From the sequence record KJ019143.1: a stretch of DNA of 64,000 nucleotides. The stretch is one strand, 5' to 3'. The translations under genes were made by a program, and so were the position numbers. Below the pieces are notes generated by a model, which did not search any database, was not told the origin of the DNA, and saw nothing but the letters and a program-made list of their open reading frames with translations. Numbering within the stretch: the first letter of the stretch is position 1; each line of letters starts with the position of its first letter. This document shows, in pieces, positions 10,905-21,613 of the stretch.

Positions 10905-12449
10905 ATGGCTGCTTTAATCACAGATGATTTTAGGCTGTTTAACGCCGACAACTTCATCGAATCTGTAACTGATCCGAATAACTCATATTATATCTTTGTA
11001 GGTCTTCCCAACCCGGTTGGTGGAGGCTATGGTAGATCCCTTAATTGGAATAATGATCCACCACAACCCATCGATAACTTCGCATACCTCCGTCATTGTT
11101 ATGACACTATGATGTATGGACGAAGAATCACGCCTGGAAATGTCAAGAGGGTGATTCGTCGTATCAACTGGGTCAAGGGGACCAGATACGATCAGTATCG
11201 AGATGACTATAGTGTGAATAACGTTTCACCTAATACTGGTTCCACCAGACTATACGATGCCAACTATTACATTATTAATAGTGAGTTTAAAGTATATACT
11301 TGTTTGAGTAATGGTTCTAACGGCAATAACCCTAAGGGTGCTGGATCTGAGGATGAACCTAACTTTGTAGACACTGAACCGTCCGCAGCAGGTTCCAGTG
11401 GTGATGGATACATATGGAAGTATTTGTTTACAGTATCTCCTTCCGACGTTATCAAGTTCGATAGTACCGACTACATCACTGTACCCAATGACTGGGGTAC
11501 AACTGATAACTCACAGATTGTTGCCATTAGAGAAAGTGGAGACTCCCTCATCAATGATAGTCAACTAAAACAAGTTTATGTTGATATCCAAGGTGTTGGA
11601 TATGCTGGAGGTATAGGTCAGGAGTTACCTATTATTGGTGATGGTGAAGGTGCTAGAGCCATTGTTGATGTCAACTCTGGACGTGTTACTAACGCTATTA
11701 TTGCCAAGGGTGGTAAGAACTATAGTTGGGGTTTGGTTGATCTTGGTACTATCAATCAGAGTGCTACAACAGCAGCCAAACTAGATGTTATCATCCCACC
11801 CTCAAGAGGACATGGTTATGATATCTACCAAGAACTAGGTACCGACAGGGTTCTAGTATATGCTAGATTTGATGACTCTACTCAAGACTTCCCTATTGAT
11901 ACTAAGTTTGCTCAGATTGGTTTAGTTAGAAACCCAACAGTTAATGGATCTAACCAGATCTTCACTGAGAACACATTCACTTCCTGTGAATCACTCAAGA
12001 TGTTATCTTTCAGTGGTGGTGTAGAAGTTGGTGATATTATCAATCAAGATACTACAGAAGGTACCGCTAGAGGATATGTTGTTTCCTTTGATGAGGAAAC
12101 AAAGGTTATGAAGTATATCCAGGATAGGTCACTATACTATAACCCCAATACATATGATAATACTGACTATGTTGGTATTACTACTAGTGGAAAGAAGATA
12201 TCCTTTGAGTCTAATCTAAACCCAGTTATTACTAACGACGGTTTCCTATCTACTATTGATACAACCTTTAATGGATCTACCGAAACAGTGGGTGCCAAAT
12301 CAGTAGAACTCGGTGTAGAATTCACAAATGGGGTTGCAGTATCGGAGATAAATACTCAGAGTGGTGAGATACTTTACTTGGATAACAGACCAGTAGTACC
12401 CAGGAATCCACGACAAAAAGAAGACGTTAAGATCATCTTGGAATTCTAA
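10905..12449 (+). CDS. gp8: Baseplate wedge subunit gp8
   Basis: MAALITDDFR start, YYIFVG, RRINW..GTRYDQYR, DGYIWKYLFT and the C-terminal SGEILYLDNR...QKEDVKIILEF are typical of gp8. Confidence 0.9.
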   Translation: MAALITDDFRLFNADNFIESVTDPNNSYYIFVGLPNPVGGGYGRSLNWNNDPPQPIDNFAYLRHCYDTMMYGRRITPGNVKRVIRRINWVKGTRYDQYRDDYSVNNVSPNTGSTRLYDANYYIINSEFKVYTCLSNGSNGNNPKGAGSEDEPNFVDTEPSAAGSSGDGYIWKYLFTVSPSDVIKFDSTDYITVPNDWGTTDNSQIVAIRESGDSLINDSQLKQVYVDIQGVGYAGGIGQELPIIGDGEGARAIVDVNSGRVTNAIIAKGGKNYSWGLVDLGTINQSATTAAKLDVIIPPSRGHGYDIYQELGTDRVLVYARFDDSTQDFPIDTKFAQIGLVRNPTVNGSNQIFTENTFTSCESLKMLSFSGGVEVGDIINQDTTEGTARGYVVSFDEETKVMKYIQDRSLYYNPNTYDNTDYVGITTSGKKISFESNLNPVITNDGFLSTIDTTFNGSTETVGAKSVELGVEFTNGVAVSEINTQSGEILYLDNRPVVPRNPRQKEDVKIILEF

Positions 12450-12452
12450 TCA

Positions 12453-15400
12453 ATGTCTCAGATTAACCTAGATACCAGCCCATACTTTGACGACTTCGAT
12501 CCGTCAAAGGACTACTATAAAGTACTCTTCAAGCCAGGATTCCCGGTTCAAGCAAGAGAACTTACCACTCTGCAATCAATTTTACAGAACCAGGTAAGTA
12601 ACTTTGGAAAGCACCTCTTCAAAGAGGGATCCATGGTTATCCCTGGTAGTATAACTTATAATGCAAAGTATGAGTCTATTGTCATAAACAAACAACAGGG
12701 GGGTATCGACGTTTCTCTATATGCTTCTCGACTAGTTGGTAAAACTATTCAGGGTAAAACTAGCGGAGTTACCGCTAAGGTTATTAACTTCCTACTACCA
12801 CCAAATAACGGAGTAACAAGCCCAACAATCTTTGTTTCATATATCAATAGTGGTTCGGATGCGGCAACAACTGTTTTCGACAATAACGAGGAGTTAATTT
12901 CCACTTCCGACATTGTATATGGTAATACTACAATTACTGCCGGGACTACATTTGCTAGTACTATTTCAACTCTATCCACAGCGGTAGGTTCTGCTGCCCA
13001 GATCAGAGATGGTATCTACTTCATTCGGGGTTTCTTTGCTCAGGTTCGTGAAAGTGTAGTAATCTTAGAACCTTTTAGTAATACTCCTTCATATAGAGTT
13101 GGTCTACAGATCACTGAACAGGTTATTACTGCTGGTCAGGACAACTCACTATACGATAACGCCAAGGGGTTCAATAACTTCTCAGCACCAGGTGCAGATA
13201 GACTAAAAATATCCACCAAACTTATTAAGAAACCACTAGACGATTATAATGATACTAACTTTGTAGAGTTATTACGTGTTGATAACGGTGAAGTTAAGAA
13301 AATTGCGGAGAATAGTGACTATAATATCATTAAGGACTACCTAGCACAAAGAACCTATGAGGAGTCTGGTGACTATACCCTGTTTGGTATGGGTATTAAA
13401 GTTGCAGAGTCATTAAGTGATAACTTAGGTAACGGTGGTGTATATCAGTTTGATCAGAAAACAGAGCAAGGGGGAACACCCACTGACGATCTAGCGGTAG
13501 TTAAAGTATCTGCTGGTAAGGCATATGTTCGAGGTTATGACATCAATAATCCTGGAACTGTTAACCTAGACATCAACAAACCCAGAACAACAGAGAACGT
13601 CGAAGCAAGTTCCGTTCCCTTTGAGATGGGAAGTAAGTTCTTCATCAATAACGTTACAGGAACTCCTGTTATTGGTCTAGACGTTAATGATAATATCGTC
13701 GAACTATACAATGGTCGTGTAGATGGTGCAGGATCCTCTACAGGAGACCTTATCGGTGAGTCTCGTGTATATTCCTATTCCCTAGAAGACGCACCCTATA
13801 CAGGTCCTTCTACACCTTGGAACCTATATCTATATGATACTCAGATCTTTACCAAACTAACTCTAAATGTAGATGCAACTGGTAATATCCTAACTTCATA
13901 TAAGGTGAGGGGTCTCAGTAGTAACGCTACTGGTTATGTTCGTTCTGTTAGTACCACAGAAGTAGTTCTAACTCAGGTATCTGGTGAATTTATCAGAAAC
14001 GAAGCTATTTCTGTTAATGGAAAGATATCCAGTTCACTTAGTGTATCTTTAGTTGATAGTTACAGGAATAACGATGTTAGATCCATTAGCCAGGCAAGTT
14101 CCTCACTAGATCCAAACATTGAAGTTGACTTTAGTGCAGATACTCTCCAATACTCTGCTATTCCAACTGGTTTCACAGCTTCAGATTCAGTTACAATCAC
14201 TACTGGTGGTGTTGTTACTTGTCCTGGTAGAATATTTGATGCTTTCCGAGTTGGTGATGTTATTGGATATCAGAAAGCTGGATCAGAAGTAATTACATAC
14301 AATCAAGTATTATCACTCAACGCCACTAACACCAGTATTACTGTTGATGCAGTTGCAAATGTTGCTGGTGTTTGTGATGGAACTTTACCTTCATCCGAAA
14401 CTAGATCTGGTATTAGGTTATACAACTCTAGACTCCTTAACCAAGAGATTTCTCAGTTATATGCAACTTTAGAAGAGAGGAATATTTCCAGTGTTGATTT
14501 GGCATCATCGTCATTAACCTTCGCCAAACAGATCAACAACTTATCTACAGATGCTAGTGGTGTTCTAACTGTAAATGTATCCGACCTAGATGTTTCTGGT
14601 GCGGTATTTGAAGCCTTTGATCAAGAGAGATATAGTATTCATTATTCCAATGGAACTACACAATCTCTTAGTTCTAGTCAGGTAACTATTACATCCTCAA
14701 CAGCAGAATTTACAAACTTACTCCCAAGTCAGACAACCAACGTAACACTCAATTGTACTGCTATCAAGACTGGTATTAAGTCTAAGACTAAAGTTCTACT
14801 TAGGTCTCAACTATTAGAAGTTACCAAGGCAAGCAGTGGTATTTCTACTGTGGCTCAGGGTTTGGGACAAAATGACTACTATGGTTTAAGGGTTGATGAT
14901 GAAGAGATCTCACTAAATGTATCAGATGTAACTAATATTGTTGCTGTATATGAGTCATTGGATGATGGTACCCCAACGTTTGATGTTCTAGGTTTTGTCA
15001 ATGGTTTAGAACTAGACACTAGAGTTGCAGTTGGAGAACAGATCAAGGGTGATGTATCTGGTGCTATTGCTCGGGTTGTTACAGTTGCAACACCTGCTTC
15101 AGTCAATATTGTATACCTAACTGAATCAACTTTTGAAGTTGGTGAATTAGTTACGTTTATGGAATCCAAGATTGAAACTAATCTTCAATCTATTACAGAA
15201 GGTAACTACAGTAACATTACAAACAGATTTACACTTGATAAAGGACAACGTGAACAGTTCTATGACTATTCTCGTCTAGTCAGGAATAAGAATGCTAAAG
15301 CACCTAACAAGAGAATACTAATCATCTATGATAGATTCGCTGTTCCAGTGAATGACAAAGGTGATTTCTACACTGCCAATAGTTACTCCGAAGAAGACTT

Positions 15401-18400
15401 CAGTAAAGGTGTTCCTATGTTGGCTGGTGGAACTCTCCGTGCCTCGGACACCCTAGATTTTAGACCCAGAGTCGCCGCCTTTACCTCACTCAACTCCTCA
15501 CCATTTAACTACACTTCTCGTGACTTTGGTGACAATGGTAATACTGTTATCCTAGTTACCAAACCAAGTGAAAGTATGGTTCTAGGTTATAGTTACTTTG
15601 TTGGAAGAAGGGATCGTATTGTACTAGGATCTAATGGAAAATTCAGTGTAATTGAAGGTACACCCGCTGAGTTCCCAACATTACCCACAATTGGTGATGG
15701 TGTAATGGAACTCGCCCAAATAACTTATCCACCATACCTATACTACATCGAAGACGTTCAAATTATCGAGGTTGATAATAGACGATATACGATGAGAGAT
15801 ATTGGTAAGTTGGAAGATCGTATTGAGAACTTAGAAGAAGTTACGTCACTTTCACTACTAGAAAGGGAAACAGAATCACTACAAGTTTTGGATGAAGATG
15901 GTAACGACAGATTTAAATCTGGTTTCTTTGCCGATGATTTCACGAATGCAGAATTTATTGATAATGATTATGAAGATACCAACATTGATGTTGAACCTGC
16001 AACTTCTTCCCTAGTCACTAGACAGTTATTTTCCACCATTCCATTAAGAGCTCAACTATCAGAAAGTATTGATGAGAACATAGTTGATTTGAGTGATAAC
16101 TTACCTCTAGTAGATACTAATCTACAAAAGACTGGTGATATAGTTACCCTATCATATGTTGAAGTTCCTTGGATTACACAACCACTATCTTCGAGAACAG
16201 AAAATGTTAACCCATTCAATGTTATTCTATTCAATGGTAGTATTACATTAAACCCAGCTTCTGATGATTTTGTTATTACTAGACAGATTCCAGGCAATAC
16301 TCAAACTATTGATGTATTTGGTGATGGAAACAGTTCTAATTTCGATCAGACGTTTGTTGAGAGTGTAGAAACTGCTCAGTGGATGAGATCACGTAACATT
16401 GCTTTCCACGGTCGTGGAATCAAACCCTTCACTCAGTTCTATGCGTTCTTTGACGGAACTTCTGGTATTGATATTATCCCCAAACTTATTGAAATCACCA
16501 TGACTAACGGTGCTTTCTCCGTTGGGGAGAGGGTTGTTGGTACTACTGGAGGTAGAAGAATCTTTGCAGCTAGAGTAGCTACACCTAATCATAAGGAAGG
16601 TACTTTCAATAGTCCAGATAGAACTTTTGAGACAAATCCATATAATAGGGACGCTCAGTTGGCGTCTTCATACTCAGCCTCGTCTACAGTTCTCAATATT
16701 GATACCAACTCACTAGCAGATATCACTGACTCACGTTTCTTTGGTTATATCACACCAGGAACTAGATTAGTTGGTCAGTCTAGTGGAGCTATTGCTGATG
16801 TTACAGAAGTAAAATTAATCGCTGATACATTTGCTGAACTATATGGTGCTATTTGGTTGAGGGATCCATACGCATCCCCAACACCATCATTCAGACTTGC
16901 TACCGGTGTTCGTACACTAAAACTAACCTCTAGTACAACTAACGCACAATCTACACTTGGTGGAACAACGATCTCCTTTGCAGAGTCTAACTTCCAATCT
17001 AGTGGTTTGGTTCAGAACAGGCAGACTGATACTACTGTGGTAACAGTTAGACCCCTACCACCACCACCCCCACCAATTATTATTGACCAAACAGTTACTA
17101 TTGTCAATAACAATACGACAGTTATCGATAATACTGTTACTCAAAATATCGATAATACTCAAACTATTATCCGAGAAGTGGAAGTTGACGATGACGACCC
17201 ATTGGCACAGACCTTTATGGTTGATGAGACCGGTGCGTTCCTAACCAGTATTGATCTGTTTATGGCTACTAAGTCTGAAACAGATAACTTAATTGTTCAG
17301 GTTAGAACTACTGAGTTGGCAACTCCAACCAACCTTCTTATTCAAGATTTTGCTGAGGTTGTTCTATCACCTGATCAAGTTAATGTATCAGAAGATGGGA
17401 CTGCGGTAACTAAAGTTACTTTCCCCTCTCCCATATATCTTGAGTCAGGTATAACATATGCCGTTGTACTACTTGCCCCAACTACTGACGAATACACTTC
17501 GTTTATTGCTGTTATGGGTGAGGAAAATATCTCTGGTGAGATTGATCCTAACTTAGATCTAAACGCAACACTACCTGAAGGTTCTACTCAGAGTAACTCC
17601 AATATCCCAGGAACTGCTATTATTTCTCAGCAGTATCTAGGAGGATCACTCTTTAAGTCTCAGAATGGTACTATCTGGACACCAACTCAGTTTGAGGATC
17701 TTAAGTTCACTCTCAACAAAGCACAGTTTAACCAGACTCCAGGAACTCTATTCCTCAACAATCCACCACTAACTGAGACCGGAATTCTACCACCTGATCC
17801 AATTGAAACACTACCTAGAAAACTCAAGGTATCTGTAAGTTCTAATACTTACAACTTCAGTGAAGGTGATATCATTTCTTCTGTTGGTTCAGGTGCTACC
17901 AATACCGCTTTGGTAACTGGTGACCTAGAGACCCTAGGTGGTCCACTAGCAACACTCGATGTAACTGACCCTGGTGTTGGTTTCATTGATGGTTCCTACA
18001 GTAGTGTAACTGTATATCCAATTACCAGTTCTGGTTCAGGTGCTGAACTCAATGTTACCATTTCTGGTAATGTAATTACAGCAGCAACAGTAACTACTGG
18101 TGGTTCTGGTTATAGAGTTGGAGATACCATTGGTATTACAACCGCTGATGTTGGTGCCGCTGGTGGTGACTCTGTATTGACTCTCGATACCATTGGTGAT
18201 ACAGATACACTATTCCTCACTAACGTACAAGGTGAGAAGATGGTTATAACAGAGAGTATTAAGGTATACGATACTGTTACTGAATCCCTAAGGACAACTG
18301 GTGTAGATATTACAACAGAATCTGAAGTTCTCAATCCAATGTATAATGGTAGTATCTTTGTTGCTAACATACCCAATCATGGTATGGAAGCAGACAACAA

Positions 18401-19673
18401 TGTGGTTAGTATCACAGATATCCAACCAGATACAATTGGTAGCCCACTAACACAGAGAGTTGATGTTTCCTCTAGTAGTTTGACAATTCAGGACTCTTCC
18501 TCATTCTCCACCTTTGAGGGTATTACTACCAGTATTGGTTATGCTCTAGTTGGTGGTGAGATTATTGAATACTCCAACAGTGGTAGTGGTACTATTGGTA
18601 TTACTTCTAGAGGTGTAGATAATAGTATTATTTCTACTCATAACGCTGGTGAGAGAGTATTCAAGTATGAACTCAGTGGTGTATCACTAAGGCGTATCAA
18701 TAGGGAACATTTGATTCCTAATGATAGTCTCTTAGGTAATACTAGAGAGATTAATAACTTACCCATACAGATTAGTAGAAGTCCAAGAGTATCTGGTAGA
18801 GATCAATTGAGCTTCAATCAGGAACAGACCGCAGGTGGAGCATTTGGTAGATCCTCTCAAAACTATGAGTATACTAGAATCCTACCCAATCTAGCAGCCT
18901 TTGGTTTCGGTGATTCTACTAGTATTAGATCCGTAGCAAGAACCATATCAGGTACAAGTGCTGGTGGTTCTGAAGTATCTTTCCTAGATCAGGGAAGTAT
19001 ACCTGTGAATCTAAACACCTGGAACACTTTCCCCAGTGTGAGAATGGTTGCTTCTCAGGTCAATGAGATTGAATATCTACAAGATCTTCCTAGACAGAAG
19101 TCGTTTACACTAGGGTTGACACTAACCAGTACAGATCCCAACCTCTCTCCAGTAGTTGATCTTCAACAGGTTAGTTTGATTACCTCTAGAAACTCCCTAA
19201 ACAAACCAATCACCAACTACGCAGATGATTCAAGAGTTAACTTACTAGTAGGTGATCCTCACGCTTCTATCTATGTTTCACAGGTGATCAACTTAGAAAC
19301 ACCAGCTACCTCACTTGAGGTCATCATTAGTGCTTATCGTGATGTATCAGCTGACTTCCGTGTTCTCTATAGGTTGTATGGTCCCAACTCCAATAACTCC
19401 ACAGAACCAACTTGGGAGTTATTCCCTGGTTACACCAACATGCTAGATACTACTGGTGATGGTGTTGGTAATAGAATTATTGATCCTTCCAAGAACAATG
19501 GTTTACCAAATGCAAGAGTTAGGGATAGTAACATTGGTGAAGTTCTAGAGTATGGTTACCACGTAGATGAGTTATCTGAGTTTTCTGGTTTCCAACTTAA
19601 GATTGTCTTTAGTGGAACCAATGAAGCAAGACCACCACTATTTACCGATATTAGAGCAATCGCGTTGGCTTAA
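12453..19673 (+). CDS. Large virion structural protein, VrlC-like (DUF4815-type N-terminus)
   Basis: N-terminus PYFDDFDPSKDYYKVLFKPGFPVQARELTTLQSILQNQ; DPLAQTF motif; poly-Pro linker; position after gp8 as in cyanomyoviruses. Confidence 0.8.
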   Translation: MSQINLDTSPYFDDFDPSKDYYKVLFKPGFPVQARELTTLQSILQNQVSNFGKHLFKEGSMVIPGSITYNAKYESIVINKQQGGIDVSLYASRLVGKTIQGKTSGVTAKVINFLLPPNNGVTSPTIFVSYINSGSDAATTVFDNNEELISTSDIVYGNTTITAGTTFASTISTLSTAVGSAAQIRDGIYFIRGFFAQVRESVVILEPFSNTPSYRVGLQITEQVITAGQDNSLYDNAKGFNNFSAPGADRLKISTKLIKKPLDDYNDTNFVELLRVDNGEVKKIAENSDYNIIKDYLAQRTYEESGDYTLFGMGIKVAESLSDNLGNGGVYQFDQKTEQGGTPTDDLAVVKVSAGKAYVRGYDINNPGTVNLDINKPRTTENVEASSVPFEMGSKFFINNVTGTPVIGLDVNDNIVELYNGRVDGAGSSTGDLIGESRVYSYSLEDAPYTGPSTPWNLYLYDTQIFTKLTLNVDATGNILTSYKVRGLSSNATGYVRSVSTTEVVLTQVSGEFIRNEAISVNGKISSSLSVSLVDSYRNNDVRSISQASSSLDPNIEVDFSADTLQYSAIPTGFTASDSVTITTGGVVTCPGRIFDAFRVGDVIGYQKAGSEVITYNQVLSLNATNTSITVDAVANVAGVCDGTLPSSETRSGIRLYNSRLLNQEISQLYATLEERNISSVDLASSSLTFAKQINNLSTDASGVLTVNVSDLDVSGAVFEAFDQERYSIHYSNGTTQSLSSSQVTITSSTAEFTNLLPSQTTNVTLNCTAIKTGIKSKTKVLLRSQLLEVTKASSGISTVAQGLGQNDYYGLRVDDEEISLNVSDVTNIVAVYESLDDGTPTFDVLGFVNGLELDTRVAVGEQIKGDVSGAIARVVTVATPASVNIVYLTESTFEVGELVTFMESKIETNLQSITEGNYSNITNRFTLDKGQREQFYDYSRLVRNKNAKAPNKRILIIYDRFAVPVNDKGDFYTANSYSEEDFSKGVPMLAGGTLRASDTLDFRPRVAAFTSLNSSPFNYTSRDFGDNGNTVILVTKPSESMVLGYSYFVGRRDRIVLGSNGKFSVIEGTPAEFPTLPTIGDGVMELAQITYPPYLYYIEDVQIIEVDNRRYTMRDIGKLEDRIENLEEVTSLSLLERETESLQVLDEDGNDRFKSGFFADDFTNAEFIDNDYEDTNIDVEPATSSLVTRQLFSTIPLRAQLSESIDENIVDLSDNLPLVDTNLQKTGDIVTLSYVEVPWITQPLSSRTENVNPFNVILFNGSITLNPASDDFVITRQIPGNTQTIDVFGDGNSSNFDQTFVESVETAQWMRSRNIAFHGRGIKPFTQFYAFFDGTSGIDIIPKLIEITMTNGAFSVGERVVGTTGGRRIFAARVATPNHKEGTFNSPDRTFETNPYNRDAQLASSYSASSTVLNIDTNSLADITDSRFFGYITPGTRLVGQSSGAIADVTEVKLIADTFAELYGAIWLRDPYASPTPSFRLATGVRTLKLTSSTTNAQSTLGGTTISFAESNFQSSGLVQNRQTDTTVVTVRPLPPPPPPIIIDQTVTIVNNNTTVIDNTVTQNIDNTQTIIREVEVDDDDPLAQTFMVDETGAFLTSIDLFMATKSETDNLIVQVRTTELATPTNLLIQDFAEVVLSPDQVNVSEDGTAVTKVTFPSPIYLESGITYAVVLLAPTTDEYTSFIAVMGEENISGEIDPNLDLNATLPEGSTQSNSNIPGTAIISQQYLGGSLFKSQNGTIWTPTQFEDLKFTLNKAQFNQTPGTLFLNNPPLTETGILPPDPIETLPRKLKVSVSSNTYNFSEGDIISSVGSGATNTALVTGDLETLGGPLATLDVTDPGVGFIDGSYSSVTVYPITSSGSGAELNVTISGNVITAATVTTGGSGYRVGDTIGITTADVGAAGGDSVLTLDTIGDTDTLFLTNVQGEKMVITESIKVYDTVTESLRTTGVDITTESEVLNPMYNGSIFVANIPNHGMEADNNVVSITDIQPDTIGSPLTQRVDVSSSSLTIQDSSSFSTFEGITTSIGYALVGGEIIEYSNSGSGTIGITSRGVDNSIISTHNAGERVFKYELSGVSLRRINREHLIPNDSLLGNTREINNLPIQISRSPRVSGRDQLSFNQEQTAGGAFGRSSQNYEYTRILPNLAAFGFGDSTSIRSVARTISGTSAGGSEVSFLDQGSIPVNLNTWNTFPSVRMVASQVNEIEYLQDLPRQKSFTLGLTLTSTDPNLSPVVDLQQVSLITSRNSLNKPITNYADDSRVNLLVGDPHASIYVSQVINLETPATSLEVIISAYRDVSADFRVLYRLYGPNSNNSTEPTWELFPGYTNMLDTTGDGVGNRIIDPSKNNGLPNARVRDSNIGEVLEYGYHVDELSEFSGFQLKIVFSGTNEARPPLFTDIRAIALA

Positions 19674-19897
19674 TGGGAAAGAAAAGGGTACAGGGTTACA
19701 ATAACCTTTATCGTAACGAATCCGGTGCTATCGTTAATACCGATACCACTGGTTATGTTGCATACAAAAAGAAAAGAGATTCCTCCAAACTGAAACAGGA
19801 TCAAATTGAATCCTTAGGAACTCAGTTAGAGGAAGCAAAGAATGAGATCAATGAGCTCAAGGATCTGGTCAAACAGATGATTAATAAGAACGTCTAA
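19673..19897 (+). CDS. Conserved small hypothetical protein (coiled-coil C-terminus)
   Basis: 74-aa ORF coupled to the upstream stop (TAATG overlap); LYRNESGAIVNTD motif; heptad C-terminus. Confidence 0.65.
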   Translation: MGKKRVQGYNNLYRNESGAIVNTDTTGYVAYKKKRDSSKLKQDQIESLGTQLEEAKNEINELKDLVKQMINKNV

Positions 19898-19900
19898 ATA
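19894..19900 (+). promoter_or_regulatory. Late promoter variant (CTAAATA)
   Basis: CTAAATA 25 nt upstream of the ORF at 19925. Confidence 0.6.
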
Positions 19901-19924
19901 TTAGAGTAATACTAGCTAATTCTC

Positions 19925-20458
19925 ATGGCAAGTGCCTACGTATCAAATATAACTATTGATCAGGGTGCTGACTTTTCTGCTTATTTCACATTAGATGATG
20001 CTGGAACCTCGGTTCCTATCAATCTAACTAGATTTACTGCATATGGGCAACTTAGGAAACATCCTACTGCCCCTTTTGGTGTGCAGTTTGATATTAAGAT
20101 CGCTAAGCCAAAAACTGGCGAGATTATTATCTCATTGAACTCAGCACAGACCTCCGCTTTAGATGAGGGTCGTTATGTATATGATGTATATCTCAGAAGC
20201 ACCACGAACGCTAAAGTGTATCGTGTTGTGGAGGGAATGGCACTAGTTAACCCCGGTGTAACCGACATGCAAACTGGAATTATCCCACCATCATACCCAC
20301 CCGTCGCTATCGGACCAACTCCACCCGAAGATCCCATCGAAGGGAATCTCTGGTGGAACTCTGAAGATGGGCGTATGTATATCTACTATATTGATAAAGA
20401 CTCAGCACAGTGGGTACAGACCAATCCAAGTAGTAAAGACACAGAGAGGACTAACTGA
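19925..20458 (+). CDS. Virion-associated hypothetical protein (BppU-like beta domain plus fibre-type C-terminal module)
   Basis: IDQGADF...GRYVYDV...RVVEG..VNPGVT domain followed by a GNLWWNSEDGRMYIYY module. Confidence 0.6.
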   Translation: MASAYVSNITIDQGADFSAYFTLDDAGTSVPINLTRFTAYGQLRKHPTAPFGVQFDIKIAKPKTGEIIISLNSAQTSALDEGRYVYDVYLRSTTNAKVYRVVEGMALVNPGVTDMQTGIIPPSYPPVAIGPTPPEDPIEGNLWWNSEDGRMYIYYIDKDSAQWVQTNPSSKDTERTN

Positions 20459-20715
20459 TGGCAAACTTACTCGATCAAATCGGTCAGAGAAATGTTGTTA
20501 GGGTAGTATCCCAAGGTGTCCCAGCAACACTATCTGGACTTTCAGATACAGACTTTAGTGGTATTGGTACTGGAATGGTACCAGTATGGGATGGTGATGC
20601 TTTCACACCAATAGTAGGAGGTGCCAACCAAAGTGTCTCCAATATCATTCTAACGACAAACCCAGTCACACACGCAACTGCATGGACTGATACTATTGAT
20701 GGTGGATTCTTCTAA
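20458..20715 (+). CDS. Small hypothetical structural protein
   Basis: 85-aa ORF coupled to both neighbours; ends IDGGFF. Confidence 0.55.
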   Translation: MANLLDQIGQRNVVRVVSQGVPATLSGLSDTDFSGIGTGMVPVWDGDAFTPIVGGANQSVSNIILTTNPVTHATAWTDTIDGGFF

Positions 20716-21608
20716 TGGCAAAACCTCACACACGACAAGAACTTGTCAATTATGGATTGAGGCAGTTGGGCGCTCCAGTTCTAGAGATTAATATTGCAGA
20801 TGAGCAAATTGATGATCTACTAGACGATACTATCCAACACTTCCAAGAAAGGCACTACGATGGTGTTGTTAGAACATATCTAAAGTATGAACTAACAAAA
20901 GAAGATATTGCACGCGGTGGTGACATCAATCCAATGGTGAATCCAGGTATCACTACAGTAGGACCAGTAACATATCCAAACCCACCCAAACAAGTAGAAG
21001 ACAGGTACATAGAGAACTCCAATTGGATTCATCTACCTGATTATGTTATCGGTGTTGAGAAGGTCTATGTACCCCGAGAAGCGACTGGTGGTGTAGGTGG
21101 ATATATAAACCTGATTGGTCCCGATGGGGGTCTTGGAGGAGGTTGTGGCGGTGGCGGACTCGGTGGTGGTGGTCTAGCCGGTATGGGTTATCTTGGTGGT
21201 GGAGATATAATTTCATATTTTATGGCTAAGCAATGGATGGCAACATATGACTATATGTTCAACCCAGACGCTGCTATTCGGTTCAATAAGAGAATGGATC
21301 GTCTATATCTTGACATCAACTGGCGTCGCCTAACAGCAGGTGAGCTTATTGTTGTTGATTGCTACAGAGCACTTGATCCTGAACAATTTGTAGAAGTCTA
21401 CAATGATAGTTGGGTGAAGAAGTGGTTTACTGCTCTATTGAAAAAGCAATGGGGTCAGAACCTAATGAAGTTCAAAGGAACTAGACTTGCTGGTGGCATT
21501 GAGATGAATGGTAGAGAAATCTACGATGAAGGTGTCAAAGAACTTGAGATCATTAAGAATGATATGTCTAGTCATTATGAACTTCCTCCATTGGATATGA
21601 TTGGTTAA
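20715..21608 (+). CDS. gp13: Neck protein gp13
   Basis: LRQLGAPVLEINIADEQIDD, HYDG, KQWGQNLMKF.G..LAGGIEMNGREIY, LPPLDMIG. Confidence 0.92.
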   Translation: MAKPHTRQELVNYGLRQLGAPVLEINIADEQIDDLLDDTIQHFQERHYDGVVRTYLKYELTKEDIARGGDINPMVNPGITTVGPVTYPNPPKQVEDRYIENSNWIHLPDYVIGVEKVYVPREATGGVGGYINLIGPDGGLGGGCGGGGLGGGGLAGMGYLGGGDIISYFMAKQWMATYDYMFNPDAAIRFNKRMDRLYLDINWRRLTAGELIVVDCYRALDPEQFVEVYNDSWVKKWFTALLKKQWGQNLMKFKGTRLAGGIEMNGREIYDEGVKELEIIKNDMSSHYELPPLDMIG

Positions 21609-21613
21609 GTAAA

